A stretch of DNA of 57,613 nt, the filler included, from Asterionella formosa (lineage: Eukaryota), in assembly GCA_002256025.1 (NCBI GenBank). It is 4 parts of 4 records of this genome, joined end to end, with 100 filler letters (N's around TTAATTAATTAA, not from the genome) between each part and the next. Parts side by side here need not be neighbours in the genome. Positions count along the whole stretch, not along the records: positions 1 to 14,351 come from NKIB01006035.1; 3 more parts are not named here. One strand, 5' to 3'. Positions 1-13,633 of the stretch are shown piece after piece. The notes below the pieces were generated by a model. That model was given only the letters and a program-made list of their open reading frames with translations. It ran no database searches and had not been told where the DNA came from. A program made the position numbers and the translations under genes. Within the stretch, counting starts at the first letter, position 1, and every line of letters begins with the position of its first letter.

Positions 1-295
1 GGGGGGGTAATCTTGGTTTGTAGTACGTGTAGTACCTACATGAATCGAGGCAAGTATCAAGATTATGAAAGTTGAAACGATCAAACATAGATAGAATGAA
101 GAATGGACTTAGTTTGTTAGGATAATAGTTCCACAAGCATGCGAATCCTTGTCGGTCGTACCAGATTGGAAACAAATCCAAATGGCGCCCCTCCCACCCA
201 ACGTCCCAGTTCCCCTCTCGCTCGATTCGATAAAACATTTTCTACCAATATACGCCTTCATAAAAACATTCAGGTAGGTCTTGAGAATAAATCAC

Positions 296-788
296 TCATC
301 GTTTCTTTTGTCCCGAAATATATAAGACTTAACATCGAAAGAGGGCCGTGTGAAAAATACGGACCTGTAATGTGCCAATTTGCAACTTTTCCAATGTGGA
401 AACATCAGACGTACCATTATTTCCTCGAATAAAGCAATCTCCATATTTTGCCTTGAGTTGACCATCGACATATTCTTCTGTTTGTTCCATGGCAATATTC
501 ATATATCCATCCAAACATGCCAAGACACCTGCATTTTGCATTCAAGAATGTTGTTTGGTGTGAGTATGCAAAACGTATCTAACGCGGTTTATAACTCTCT
601 CTATAGAGTGGTACCTGGTACCTGGTAGCATATTTACCTCGGTACTCTGTTCCAGAATTGAGTTTAACTCGAACAGGTCGTCCCAAGACAGATTTCAAAA
701 AGTCCGATGGAGATCGTTTGCTCTTTGTTGCTGGAACAGCGGATGTTGTTGTTTCCTCCACCGGCAACGGCTCGAGTGTCGGTTCCAT
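296..788 (-). CDS. LSM6: U6 snRNA-associated Sm-like protein LSm6; 3 exons (788-638, 528-415, 327-296)
   Basis: Spliced translation ...SPSDFLKSVLGRPVRVKLNSGTEYR|GVLACLDGYMNIAMEQTEEYVDGQLKAKYGDCFIRGNN|VLYISGQKKR*. GT-AG introns at 637-529 and 414-328 keep the frame; Sm1/Sm2 motifs are typical of LSm6. Confidence 0.92.
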
Positions 789-1789
789 GATTTGAGCCTT
801 CAGCTTCTCGTTTCTTGTTGATGTTATGGTGTTATGGCTTATCTTTCTTGATGGCTTCTATGCTGCTGAGATGTGTTTGTGAACGATTGTCTTGCTCCGC
901 CGATATTCACCGATGTGATGCACAATATGAATACAGCATACCGGAACAAATGATAACAGGCAGACAGGGACGAAGGACAGTACGGTCCCGGGTACCGGTT
1001 GTCTAGTTTGAGCATGGGAATGCAGGCTGCAGCACATCTCCCTTCGACAGCAGTTTTCAAACATAGTAACGTTGTATCTAACTGGTACTTAAACTATCGG
1101 GAAATCAAAGCTAAACTTCTCATGTAGCTCAAGCTGTGTTGAAGCGACTGTCGTGATGACACGGAAGAAAGTGTGCAGTAAACACCAGTTTGTATCCCTT
1201 GTATCCTAAATAAAATCAAGCATCTGATTATACTTACCAAATTTCATTTTGGTCTTGAACCATTGACAACCACCTCAACAAGAATGATGGTGATGATGAA
1301 ATAGAAGGAAGCTACCTTTACTATAGCAAGTACCACCAGGGTAGTCCAATTGATAACTGGAATGATAGCATATATAGTGGAAACATTTTGTGAATAAATG
1401 CATGGTAAAAAATGCATGTGGAATTGTACACTTGTATCATACTACATATGCATCAATCATAGTTAGCTATGGCACAATATGATTGCTTGTCTGAGGGGGG
1501 TTCTTATAATTTCACATTGGGTATCACTTCATTCAAATCGTGTATCAGCAATGGATTCTCAATTTGAACTGAAAACGCACTATTCCCCACACAAAATTGT
1601 ATCAATAATATGCATCATGATGTATCACAGTGTTACAAGGATCTTCAATGGTGACAGGCCAGCAACAAACATGTGCATTTTCCTACAGACAATTTTGATG
1701 GTCAACCACCAACAGTGTATGAACCATAGCATAATTCTTTGGTAATATATACTCATAATTCATATTTATTAAGTTAATCATGTTGTCAC

Positions 1790-2730
1790 CTCTGTTTGTT
1801 ATTGCCAACAGTCATGATGTTGCTGTTGAAACAGATGATGACAACAGTCTTCTGGATTTCCTCTTCCTCTGTCATGTAGCTGAGCAAGAAGACTCATAAA
1901 CAAGAAGGCGCAAATGGCACCATGAGAGAATGTCATGGCAATCACATGTCGAAAATCTCAGTCATGAGCTTGCTTTGAGAAGGCACACAGAAAATCTCAC
2001 AGAGCGTTTACAAAGCTTCTTTCAATGCTGGAAAAACAGATTAAATACAATTATTCCAAGTGTGGCACAGCTGAGCAGATAATTCCAGAAATTGTGTTAG
2101 CAATTGCTTGGTTTGCGATGGTTGGCTGGTGACAATTATATTGACATTCGACATGCTTACGGTTGTAGCATTGCGTCAATTGATCGATGTCGTGATCTTT
2201 TCATTGTACTCGTCAATTGTGAAGGGTTAAAGTTCATTTTTCCAGAGGAAAGAGAGGAATTAATTAAACTAGCCTATGACTTTCAGGGTAAAAGCTCCAA
2301 AGGCTATGTAAAAGGATGTGATGGTGCCATGGATGGCTTCCTAGCCACTATCAACCAACCCACTTTAGTGGACGGTGGCAACAATGCTGGTGCATTCTTT
2401 TGGGTCATTACATCATGACTTATGGAATCAATGTTCAGGATAATGAGTCACGATTTATCTTCTTTGGTGTGGTTGCTCCTGAGAAGTGCAGTGATCAAGT
2501 AGCTTTTGAGAGAACTTCCATTCTAGACTGAGTTGCAGCATTCTTTACAGGCTTTTATCTTATTGGCGATGCAGCATTCACATTGTCTGATGTCGCTCAT
2601 GTTGGTTCCCTCTGTTGGCACACAACATGATGATCCCGCACAGGATGCATAAAGGAACTTCTTTCTTTCACAGCTGAGAATAAGAATAGAAATAGGATTT
2701 GGTCTTCTTCAGACTAATTTCCTCAAAAGA
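1790..2730 (+). mobile_element. Degenerate PIF/Harbinger (DDE_Tnp_4-like) transposase relic
   Basis: Fragments LRWLAGDNYIDIRHAYG, GCDGAMDG, YGINVQ, FFGVVAP..CSD, YLIGDAAF and LRIRIEIGFG spread over several frames with stops. Confidence 0.75.
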
Positions 2731-3870
2731 AAACAAAAAAGCCTGAATATTCTTGCATCCAGTTGAGCAATGGTCAGTGGCTGACCAAGCTGGACCAACA
2801 ACACAACCAAAACAAACTATTATAGTTGGCGCAATAAAATTAGTGTGATTCTGGTGTGTTTGCAGTTATTTTATCAGTGATAATGGATGTGAAACACAGT
2901 AATCAATGGCTGTATCAGTGATATAACCGTGATCACAACTAAATTGGGCCCTTCTTAAATATATTATTTTTCGTCAGGGATCACTTTATTTGAAATTTTT
3001 TGAAAATGTATTGGCAATGATGGTAACGCGATTTGAACTGAATTTTCTCCGTTCTCAACATAAAATTGTTCCTCTGATTTGTATCACAGTATCATAGTGT
3101 AACAAGAGCCATCAACTGCAACAGGCCAACAACGAACATATCAATATATGAGTAGGAATATGAATATACTAATTTCTTCAACAGAGACTACTGGTATTAG
3201 GGTTATGGTTAGCTGGGATTGGATTAAATTTTTGCATGTCATGAAAAGTTGGTGATATTGATTCATGGCAATACTTGGAGTGATGGAGAGGCATTTGTGT
3301 GAGGAAGTGTTGGAAATAAAGCTTTTTAAGTTAACAAACTTGAAATGTAGCTAGGAGGAATTTTGCTGGCTTCAAACAACAGACTGGTGGATTGGGATGT
3401 TGAAACATTACCCAAGGTTTGCTCATTTATAGGAACATTTATATGGGATTTTGAATTAAGCAAAATGAGAAAAAATTTAAACTGGTATGGATATCAAACC
3501 CATCACAGTTGCATACAAATGCAATCATCAGAAGCTGCCATATGATCCTCACTAGACAATACAATATAGATCTACTTGAGTCTTTGTGATCACAATTACT
3601 GATTGGCCTTTGTTACCACCAGGTTTCATGTCCACATATATTTGGAATTGGTGCTGTCAATATCTGAAATTATTGATCTTATTCCAAATATGAATCAATC
3701 ATGGAATGGACACGCACCATTTGTTGTCCTCACGTGTCTTGAGAGCATGCATGGAGCAGGCCCTCAAAGTCACTCACTCATTGTTCACTCATCATTTTTG
3801 TCGCACCATGGTAAGGGAGCTTAATTAATCAATGTTGGAATACAATACTTTGACATTTAATTTTCATTCT

Positions 3871-4626
3871 TTATTTGGAACGAATCTTCTGCCTTGACGA
3901 GGAACTGCCACCAAATCCAGCACCGCCTACTAAAGTATGCGTTTTGCTTACGCGACGGTTTGTAGTATCGTCCTTCTCCTTTTTCGGCAACAACACCTTA
4001 CTCAACAACAATTGTCCTAACGTACCTGCATTCTCTGCCAGACGATGAGTATCTATTCCTGCGAAGGAGTCTTGTGACTCATACCCTTGACGTTTATAAA
4101 ATTGGAGAGCAGCGATGTTTTCTTGCTCGACATGCAAAAATAGTTCCGAAGAACCAAGATCCACGGCAGTATCTTCCACTGCCATCATGAGTGCTTTTCC
4201 TATTCCCATACGACGATGTTCCCTGCAAGTGACAACATCTGTAACGTACAACGGCAACTGATGTCGTTGTGACATCTCGACGACATTGTCGAATTCTAAT
4301 GGGCTCAGTTCAGCAGCCCCGACTGCCATCCCGTTAAGCCTTGCCATGAATACTGTAGCTCCGATGCGCTCCTGAATTATTTGTGCAGTGGCTTGAGCAA
4401 AGGCAGACCTGGAGGTAGTCGCCGTCGTAGTAGCAATCCACTCGTTGTAACGGAGGTTTGCCAAATCGATCACATCACGATGAGTTGTGACTGGAGTCAC
4501 TTGAATGTTTTTGCAACTAGAAGTCGTCGGTGTTGCTATTGGGGTTTTCAGAGCTTGTACCACTGAATCATGGTTCCAACAACAGCACAACAAGGCGACG
4601 CGCAGCGAAATTGTTCGCAGCGTCAT
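3871..4626 (-). CDS. GNAT-family N-acetyltransferase with N-terminal signal peptide (possibly plastid-targeted)
   Basis: Acetyl-CoA binding motif VVTCREHRRMGIGKALM and LHVEQENIAALQFYKRQGY. Likely start MTLRTISLRVALLCCC (ATG 4626) followed by a S/T-rich segment. Confidence 0.85.
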   Translation of the reverse strand: MTLRTISLRVALLCCCWNHDSVVQALKTPIATPTTSSCKNIQVTPVTTHRDVIDLANLRYNEWIATTTATTSRSAFAQATAQIIQERIGATVFMARLNGMAVGAAELSPLEFDNVVEMSQRHQLPLYVTDVVTCREHRRMGIGKALMMAVEDTAVDLGSSELFLHVEQENIAALQFYKRQGYESQDSFAGIDTHRLAENAGTLGQLLLSKVLLPKKEKDDTTNRRVSKTHTLVGGAGFGGSSSSRQKIRSK

Positions 4627-5120
4627 CCTGGAAGAGGTCGAATAGAGCTGAAGTATTATTTTATTTCCAGGACTTGCTTGTGATGGTGCAGGAATCGGAC
4701 GAACACATAGTAATAGCGAGAATGGCTGTGCTTGAAAAAAAAAGGCTTTTCTTATCATCTGTACCAGCAAGTTGCAGTCAAATATTGGATAAAGAAAGCT
4801 AAATAATTAGCTTCAACACGATTAACTTAACTTCCAGGTACTGGTAGATGAGATACCGGTAGCTATTCTTAAAAGTAATACCGGTTGGCCAGGCATATAT
4901 TAGTCTATCATTACTATGTATTTATTACATTATTTTTTATACACGAAAATAAAAATTATTTTATCAATACACATATTCATACCGGAAAGAACAAGCACTG
5001 ATTATCAACAGGAAGCAAGTAATGACATAAAGCAATGACAGCAACATCACGGCAACCGGACCTCTTCCCACTTGTAATTCAATCTGCCGGGGCCCGAGAC
5101 AAGAGTGACCTCTTCCGAGG

Positions 5121-7048
5121 ATGAACGCCAGCAATCAACGAATATCGCATCAAGCAGCGCATTCCAAGTTTGGAAGAAATTCCATATGCACTACAACCAA
5201 AGTCATTCTGTACTCGATGCTGCTAAGTGGGTCTTCCTTCTATGCGGGTCTCTTTTTGGGAATGCATCACTCCTTTCAAAATCTCCCATATAGCGATTTG
5301 GATGGTACGTGTGGTGCGGCAACTAACGGCACGCAGATCGTTGTCTCGAAAGAAGCGGCGCGTACTATTGCACAGAGTTGACTCGTGTTCTGTCCGTCAA
5401 CTTATACACCCACTTTCCAATTGGTTTCGCTTATAGGCGCATCATCTTATTCATCTTCAGGGAAAAGAGTTCAGCGCTTTCCGGATTCCATGAATACCTT
5501 GTTTCAAGGTATGGCACGAGTCAATCGAGACGAGTTTGCCAAACGATTAGATATTGGTATACCGTTGGACCAAACCAAAGAAGGAAATCAAGACGTGCTG
5601 TTGCTCTATAGTCCCATGGCTGGGGCCAATGCTAGTAGATACCAGCAATATTTTCAAGGCAATGACATTCCGTTATTGCCAGTGGACGATGCAACACTCA
5701 ATTGTGATACTGTTAAAATCATATTGACAGAACCGCAGAAAACGAGGCAGTGCTTGGCAATTATGGGACAATGGGAAAGTTATCATGTACATAAATTTAT
5801 GCGATTGCCACCGGATGAAATCAGAACAGGTATCAATCATAATTTACCATTGAGGAGTGTGTCGAGGATGCACAGCAGCAACAAGGGTATGACTCAATAT
5901 GCACCACGCCCACTTGCTGTGCAGCGGTACGATTCGATGTTGGTTGAATACTTGCAGGGACTCAAATCGGTACTAGCCAAGCTATCACCGATTGCATCCA
6001 AGGTGGCCAAGAATAATACGATTGTCGTGCTGGTATGCAATCATGGACAAAGTGAATTGTTGGTCAATTTCATCTGCACGAACAAGGCGAGAGGGTTGGA
6101 TTTGGGTCAAGTACTAGTCTTTGCCACCGATACAAAAACAAGAGATCTAGTGGAAGGCTTGGGTGTGACCGCCTTTTATGACGAAAAAGTGAGTGCCCGA
6201 AGTTGGATCCTAACAAGGATTCGTGGAAAGAAAAGCATTTAATTTTATTGCTGATTTCCATTTCCTCCTTTTTATTCCAGACGTTTGAAAAGATGCCAGA
6301 TCAAGCAGCGCGCAGATATGGAGATCTTAGGTTTCAAGGCATGATGCTTGCCAAGGTATTTTGTGTCCACATGATTTCGCAACTTGGGTACAATCTACTA
6401 TTTCAAGATGTGGATGTAGTATGGTATCGCAATCCCGTTGAATACTTTTTGGACAAGGAAAATCCGCTGTACGATTTTGACATGTACTTTCAAGACGACG
6501 GTGCTCATTCTGTCCGATATGCTCCATTTTCACCAAATACTGGCTTTTACTTTGTTCGACACAATACTCGGACGCAGTATTTTTTTAGCAACTTTGTCAG
6601 AACGGCAGATCAGATCATGCAATCTGGATCGCATCAATCAGCCTTGTCGGCGGCATTGAACGAGCACGTTAGCTACAGAGGCCTCCGAGTCAAAATCCTT
6701 CCAAGAGACGAAGATGAATTTCCAGGTGGGTATCATTTCCATCGTGGCAAAATGTATATGAAGGACATGCTGCAAGGCCGAAGAAAACCTTATGTATTTC
6801 ACATGAGTTGGACACTGAACAAGGAAAATAAACGAAAATTCTTTCAGCAGATAGGGGATTGGTATGTCCAGGACAAGTGCATTGAAGGGAGTATTGAAAC
6901 CATCTTCGCTGAAGGTGAGGTTGGGGATTTGACAACGACATGTTGTTCTGCCGAGCCCTTGTTGAAGTGCCATTTTCGAGACAAGCCAAGTAAGATTCCC
7001 TGTAGAAAGAGTCCAATGATGGACAAGGGTCGTCGTTCGTTTTGGTAA
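5121..7048 (+). CDS. Nucleotide-diphospho-sugar transferase (GT77-like), type II membrane protein; 3 exons (5121-5304 or 5361, 5437-6188, 6281-7048)
   Basis: N-terminal TM segment; LFQDVDVVW DxD motif; NTGFYFVR, HQSAL and FHMSWT motifs. Intron 6189-6280 (GTGAGT..TTCCAG) joins FYDEK|TFEK in frame. The first donor is ambiguous between two phase-1 GT sites. Confidence 0.85.
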
Positions 7049-7346
7049 TGATAAACATGTTCTTTGAAAACCGAGTAATTTGTGCTGAACTGAGAAATTT
7101 TTTCTTCGAAACATAAAAAAGGCAAGGGATTGCTGTGCATAGTCCGAGTGCGATCACTGCGAGCGAAGACATGGGAGTACAAAATACCATGAGCGACACA
7201 GGTAAATGGAAGAATTGTGTCGCCTGCTAGAGCAGGAGCTGACAATTTGAACTGAGTGATCCAACGCTAACGTGAATAAATTTCAAAATGCATTGTTGAT
7301 ATTATTATCCATGTAAAAGCTAATTTGTACTAGCAAAACCAAGTGT

Positions 7347-8351
7347 TCACTTGGTCATCAACCGATAGTCCCCATTCAACGTTCGTTGTCTCAACTCAGG
7401 ATCTAGTTTCCATGCATTCGACTCGACACCATTCAATTTGTAAATGGTATGTTCCATTAAGCGCCAAATTCCAGAATTGTCTAGGGCATCATTACAGATA
7501 CCCGAAATGATACAATAGTTGCCTTCATATGGTGCCATGTGATGAAGCGCATGTGGTCTCCGATCAATGGTGATACCCTTTCTCTGCAGCCAATTGACCC
7601 ATCCTGGACATTCTCCCTTGGTCATGTGAGACCATTTATGAAATTCTTGACTTAGGATTTCAAGGGTGCAAAAGAATGTCATGAATAATGTTACTATCGG
7701 ATTCGAGATGGCATTGATGACAGCCATGGGAAGAACCCCAAATGGAATACATAGTTTGTAGACATTGTTACAAAGGCCCCTTTCAGTAATTGTCCAAGGG
7801 GCGGAATGATGTCCTTGAAAGGCGGCAATGATGCTTCCCATAATGGGAGTCCGACCATTTCCGTAGTTGTCAACACTCCAATGCAATACACCAGACCCAA
7901 AGTCTGCTAGGACAAAACTTGACACCAACAAAACAACGGCTTGCAGTGCAGTGAAAACTGCATTCCCCCCATTCATCAAATACATATTATGAAGCGCATT
8001 AGTAGCAAACAAGAAATGTCCCAGAAATGTGCCAGATACCATGGCAATTTGCCACCACTTGGTTTCGAGAGAATCCCCTGCCACTACCAAGTTGGCGACC
8101 TTGCCCTTGGGGCGCTCCAAACCAGATCCTTGCAAGCCAAAAACGAAGCCATCATCTAGATAGGTCTTTGTCGTTGTCAGTTCCGTTACCGTTGCAACCA
8201 TGCTGGTGCTGTCTACATTGGCAACTGGAGTTGAGAACGAGCGACTCCAACTTGATGAGGACGGTGCTGCTCTCGCAGGCAGTCGAGGCGCATGGAAGGA
8301 CAAGACATAAGGAGTTGCCAGCAAGATGGAAATGGATACGATATGCTTCAT
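7347..8351 (-). CDS. FAD4: FAD4/TMEM189-type lipid desaturase, probably plastid-targeted
   Basis: His motifs HWSVDNYG, FQGHH, QEFHKWSH, HALHH and YCIISG. Signal peptide ending VLS-FHAP resembles the diatom ASAFAP cleavage motif and is followed by a S/R-rich transit-like peptide. Confidence 0.85.
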   Translation of the reverse strand: MKHIVSISILLATPYVLSFHAPRLPARAAPSSSSWSRSFSTPVANVDSTSMVATVTELTTTKTYLDDGFVFGLQGSGLERPKGKVANLVVAGDSLETKWWQIAMVSGTFLGHFLFATNALHNMYLMNGGNAVFTALQAVVLLVSSFVLADFGSGVLHWSVDNYGNGRTPIMGSIIAAFQGHHSAPWTITERGLCNNVYKLCIPFGVLPMAVINAISNPIVTLFMTFFCTLEILSQEFHKWSHMTKGECPGWVNWLQRKGITIDRRPHALHHMAPYEGNYCIISGICNDALDNSGIWRLMEHTIYKLNGVESNAWKLDPELRQRTLNGDYRLMTK

Positions 8352-10521
8352 GGTACTAACGTTCCTTTCTTCCTTAGCGGGTTAGCAAGGGTTATTAATG
8401 AATGATGTTTAGCGGTACTTTCGTTGTTCAAGAATTTGTTCTTTGGAGACCTTCGTGCTTTGACATTTAGGTATGTTGTACATAGTAAAAGTTGACTGAC
8501 AACGCGATATATACAACTCATACGTCGTGGTATTGACGATGGGCTGGAGGTACGTGGTGACGATCATGAGGATGACGGGCGAACAATACGAAGGCTGAGT
8601 CAGTGAAAACCCGGAAAATCTGGAAGTTATTTGGGGGTGGGGTTGTCCTGATGGATTATTGTACCTACCGGTATTTTCACTGAGATGTGAAGATTTTGAC
8701 TAAACAAATATTGACATCAGATCCTAAGACACGAAGTCCATCCAGATTCATCCGAAACAAACAACTGAAACTACTTCGAAGTCATAAAGGATTACATGAA
8801 AAGTACCTGCACAACCACATTGGAATGTACTTCTAGTTGCTCTACTAGTACTAGCTAGCTAGTGAGCTAAATGGTAATGTACAGTTGTGAAACTGCTTCA
8901 ATCAAGTCCATCATCCTCTGTTGCCTATTACTACAACTAAAGATGAAGATGACACTACTGATGAGCTCTTTATAGACGCACAATTCAGAACAACGATGAT
9001 ACAAACACTCATTTCGGCAGTTACTATGTTCCCTTTTTAAATGCAGTTACTGTGGATGAATGGGATATCAAGTTGACAACGCAAACAGCGAACTCACCTG
9101 AAATGAACATAAATGATCTTAGCTTCTTTCAGGCGCTTCAAAGTGCACAGTGGGATTCAGTGGAGGAGGCTAATCATGATATGGACGGGCTGGCTGGTTG
9201 AGTCAGTTACAGCAGCATGTGAGTCATTTGAACCGATGAAATTGAATTTTTCATTTCTTACTTTATAGGGAGTTCTTGATGAGGTGATTTAGAGGCAGGA
9301 TGACAACAATTATGACATTCTGCATATTGGGAAAGCAGCACTAGCTAGAATACAAGGAATACTAACAGAGCAACTAGAAGCACATGAGGAGGCAATTGAA
9401 TTGACAAGGATTTTCTTAGACGAGGACTTAGATGAAGAAAAAATATGGAGTAGGGGATGGTGGAAATGTTGGTTGGAATATTGATTCGTGGGACAGGAGT
9501 TTTCGTTTCTGGCACTGTATGACTGCATTAGATTCCAAAAATTCCTCTGTCCTCCTTTTTGTACCATTAATTATATAGTGCACATCCAATATCCATATAT
9601 CTACTTTGTATTTCAACATAAGCTAATTTATAATAAAATGAAATAAGCTTGTTATGATTTAAAATTTATGATCTATAGTATCCATACATACAGCCACATA
9701 AATTCAATGATTTGCTACTGTATTAGTTATATTTCAACTAGATTAACTATCAACTACCGGTAGTTCAGCTTCAACCTTGACTTCATGTAGACAAAAGTAG
9801 CCACTCTATATCCTCGAATATTTGTGTGTGGCTTTGCCAAATCAGAAGGATTTTGTAGTACTAGCTCCAAAACCATAGTAATCAAGAAGCCCACATGGTT
9901 GAGAGTCCTACCCGAATTCACAGAAATGTACCTGGAATGGTATCCCACAACACACTATGTTTATGGAGCTTTTGCGCTCTCTCCATCTTGACTTGAATAG
10001 CATATTCATCTTCACCAATGATCTCATAATCAATATATGCTAACACAAAACAGGACCTTACTGCCAACAGTTACTGCACTTCCACATGGGTAGCACCAGT
10101 GGAACTTGCGTGTTCTGCCTTTGTTGCATGCACCTTGCCCAAGAATCTCTCCATCCGGTTCCCTTCCGACAAACCACATCATCGACAACTTTCGTGGTGC
10201 CTGGCAGATTGTTGCCTCTAGTCATATCGTTTTTATAGATTCCAGGAGTCAGTCAACTCTCATTTGTACATGTATTTACAGTATTCGCTTATACTATAAA
10301 TTGTATTTTTATATATTCATGTGGTTTCGAGTAATTTATGATTCAACATGTTAGTGTTTATACGGGTATTCATGTAAGCTAATTTTAATACCCTATGTCT
10401 CCTAAACCAACAATAGCGACAATGATACAGGGATTCTATTCGAGAATCGAGCGATGTGATGTTCATGCTGTGCCACAAAAAGTCAGTTTCTTGGGATTAA
10501 CTCTTCTTCGATCCGCACATC

Positions 10522-12567
10522 ATGTCATCTGCTGGTCAGAGCTCTCATCGCGGCAGAAGCAAACCTTTGCACAGTAGCAATGGCCATAATTCAACAACAC
10601 ATCACGGACACAATGTATCAGTTACAACCACAATAATATTTTGCATCCTTTCCTTTTTCACTGGGTCTCTCGTTTCTATGCACATGGCGGTTTCCAATTT
10701 AGCGTCCAGTGACAACGATAACATCAACCCCACAGAAGAATACAAACAGCGTCAACGTCAACAGCAACGTGACGAACAAGACAGCCGAAACTATGACGTT
10801 GAGCCAGAACAATACGAACCTCCATCCTCCTATCGAGCTCGTTTCCCACTAAGCATGTCCCAATATCTAAATGGAATGGCACGGATTACAAAGCAATCTT
10901 TCATGGACGCCTTTGATTTGGGGGTTCCTTGGGATCCACCCAAGGACGGACAAGAAGATGTGTTATTACTGTACAATAGACAACGATCACTTCCTAGTAA
11001 CAAGGACAGAGCTGCTATTGAAGGTGAAGGGCCAATACCACTCCTTTCCAATGTTTCAGATGCCATGATCAATTGCGATTTTCTAAATATTGTATTAAAT
11101 GACAATGGTGGAAGGAAACAATGTGTTGCTATTGTTCCGCAATACGAGTCATTTCACATACAGAAATGGATGAGAGTTGGTCCCAAAGGGGCCATGGATT
11201 CCACCAAGGAGCTGAGAATGGTATCACGTGGATATCAAGCCAATGGACGGGAACAATTCAGACCACCAGAAACTAAACTAAACATACACGGAAACTATGG
11301 ACCATGTTGGGGCCGTATTTACAGCACATTGATGAGGTAATGGATAAACTGAGACCCTTGGCAGATGGATGTGCCAAGTCAGGAAGGAAGGATCAACCAC
11401 CAACAGTTATTGTGATGGTATGCAATATGGGACAGAGTATGTTGTTGATGAATTTCGCATGTGCTGCTATGGCACGAGGATTAGATTTGAAGCAAGTATT
11501 AGTATTTGCCACAGATTCAGAAACAAAGGAATTGGCAGAAGCATTGGGATTGACAGCCTTTTATGATGAAATTGTACGTTTATTTTTGGTTTGTTTGTTT
11601 ATTTATTTCTTGTTCTTAGAAATTGGTTTTGGGAAACTTCATTACAGTTTGTTCTGAAAGTTATGTAATAGCTGATGATCAATTTAATTTCTCCCCATGG
11701 CTCACCTTTGGACCTTTCTGGATTCTCTCACTGGCTCAGAACTTTGCAGCCATCCCATCCCAAGCTGCAAAAAGATATGGTGATCGTCAGTTTGTTGCCA
11801 TGATGTTGGCAAAAGTCATTTGTGTGCAATTGATATCCATGATGGGGTACAATTTATTGTTTCAAGATGTAGACATGGTTTGGTACAAACATCCACTCAA
11901 GTTCTTTGAAAATCCTGAAGCTGGAGACTTTGACGTTTACTTCCAAGATGATGGGGCGCATACACAACGGTATGCACCCTATTCAGCCAACAGTGGTTTT
12001 TATTATGTAAGGCACAATGCACGGTCTCAATTCTTTTTGACGGCATTGTTGCATGCTGGTGATGTGATCATTCGAACCGATTCACATCAACAGGCACTCA
12101 TTGCACTTTTGGCAGAACATGCGTCCCTATATGGACTCAAAGTCAAGGTTTTGTCCAGAGACATGGATGAATTCCCAGGAGGATACCATTTCCACCAAAA
12201 GAGTGGCAAGTATATGCATGCCTTTTTTAATGGCAACATTCAACCCTATCTATTCCATATGAGTTGGACACTCAACAAGGACAACAAGATATTATTTTTG
12301 AAGCAAATGGGTGATTGGTGGGTTGCTGACTTTTGTGTGGGGAAGACAAAAAATCGGATTACAAGTGAGCCAACTGTGAACACGTTGTGCTGTTTAGCAG
12401 AGCCAGCGATTTCCTGTCATTTTCGAGACAAGCCTTCAAAAATTCCTTGTAATGATTCACCATCCATTGACAAAAACAAGCCTTCATGGTGGACCAAGTT
12501 TGACAGCGATAACCATGGGACCCTGGATAAATTGATTGCTTCAATATCACATGGTGAGCCCAATTAA
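10522..12567 (+). pseudogene. Second GT77-like glycosyltransferase paralog with one frameshift (or an assembly error); intron 11574-11739
   Basis: Colinear with 5121-7048 (DVLLLY, QYESFHIQKWMR, VLVFATD, LFQDVDMVW, FHMSWT) and shares the intron position FYDEI|NFA. Frame broken by a duplicated AAACT at 11270-11279. Confidence 0.8.
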
Positions 12568-12954
12568 TGGAGCTGAAGCTTTCAATTACTGAGAACTCAG
12601 ATACCAATGGTGGGAGATTGCTTACTTTGAGATGACCAGGCAAGAGTTCTCATGTGCCAACCCTGACCCAGTATCATACGCAATTTTGCTTTTCCTAAAT
12701 TCTATAACAATGTCACATGACACAAACTGTAGCCACTCAAAGTAATTCAATTTCAAATGAAATGAGGCAAGTTGTAGAATATTTTGCATGCAAGTGCTAT
12801 TGCTCCAGACAATAGCTTGTCGTTGCCATTACTTACAGGATGAATTTAAAAAGATCTCAGCTAGCAACATATAGACTAAGTGAGTCAATGAATAATGAAA
12901 ACATTACAAATCATCCAGATAATATTGCAAAAAATCATTTATACATAACTTGGA

Positions 12955-13463
12955 TTGAACAAACAAAATGACAAAGTCAAATGTTTTAAACACATCATAC
13001 CGGTAATACTTTCTAAGGATGTGTTGTATCCATTTGCAATTCTGATGTCTGCCAATATCGCCATCCTGACTGCTTGGACTGTGATGGATCCACCTCAGTG
13101 GACGAGAGATGAAATTGCCAACTATTATGATAACTTTGATAGATCATCGGACTCAGTTTGCATTTCGTATAGGAACTGGCAGCGCAAATTATTTTAGATA
13201 TTGGGGGAGTCAATGTTGTTGCGCTAATGTCGGCCAACTATCAGTCCTAGTACATTGCTCGAAATTATCCATCGGCTTATAATGAAATATACTATATTAC
13301 TTAGTTTATTGGCTTTTTGTTGGAAGCACTCTTGTTGGACATTCCAGTCTTCTACCTGTTGAGGGAAAGGCCTGCTCCCAAGTTCTTGGTCAAGTCAATC
13401 TTCTTTACAGTGATATGCCTGTCGATCCTTCTCATTCTGATTCTCCCCAAGTGCTTGGCTTGA
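12955..13463 (+). pseudogene. Fragment of a class C (GABA-B-like, 7tm_3) GPCR-type membrane protein
   Basis: ILTAWTVMDPPQWTR and ARNYPSAYNE motifs plus hydrophobic helices, interrupted by frameshifts and stops; no intact 5' part seen. Confidence 0.55.
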
Positions 13464-13633
13464 AACGAAAAGGGAATGATGGATCCCTAATGTAAAGTTT
13501 CCAACCACATTTCATAGTTTCCCTCCATGAGCTTGGGACCTCCCACAAATGAACTTATTCAGGGAAACGAAAACTCGCCTGGTTCATCGGCACATATCAG
13601 TAGACTCCCGTAAAAAATACATTCTGGGAATCC

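Noticed and set aside
1622..3139. Similar ~50-bp segments at ~1622-1672 and ~3082-3139 as LTRs or TIRs
   Set aside because: Direct orientation, short and diverged; probably subterminal repeats of the old Harbinger relic, and no element boundary could be defined.
8900..10150. Possible decayed coding sequence between FAD4 and the second GT77 gene
   Set aside because: Short acidic peptide fragments only, with no recognisable motif to support a call.
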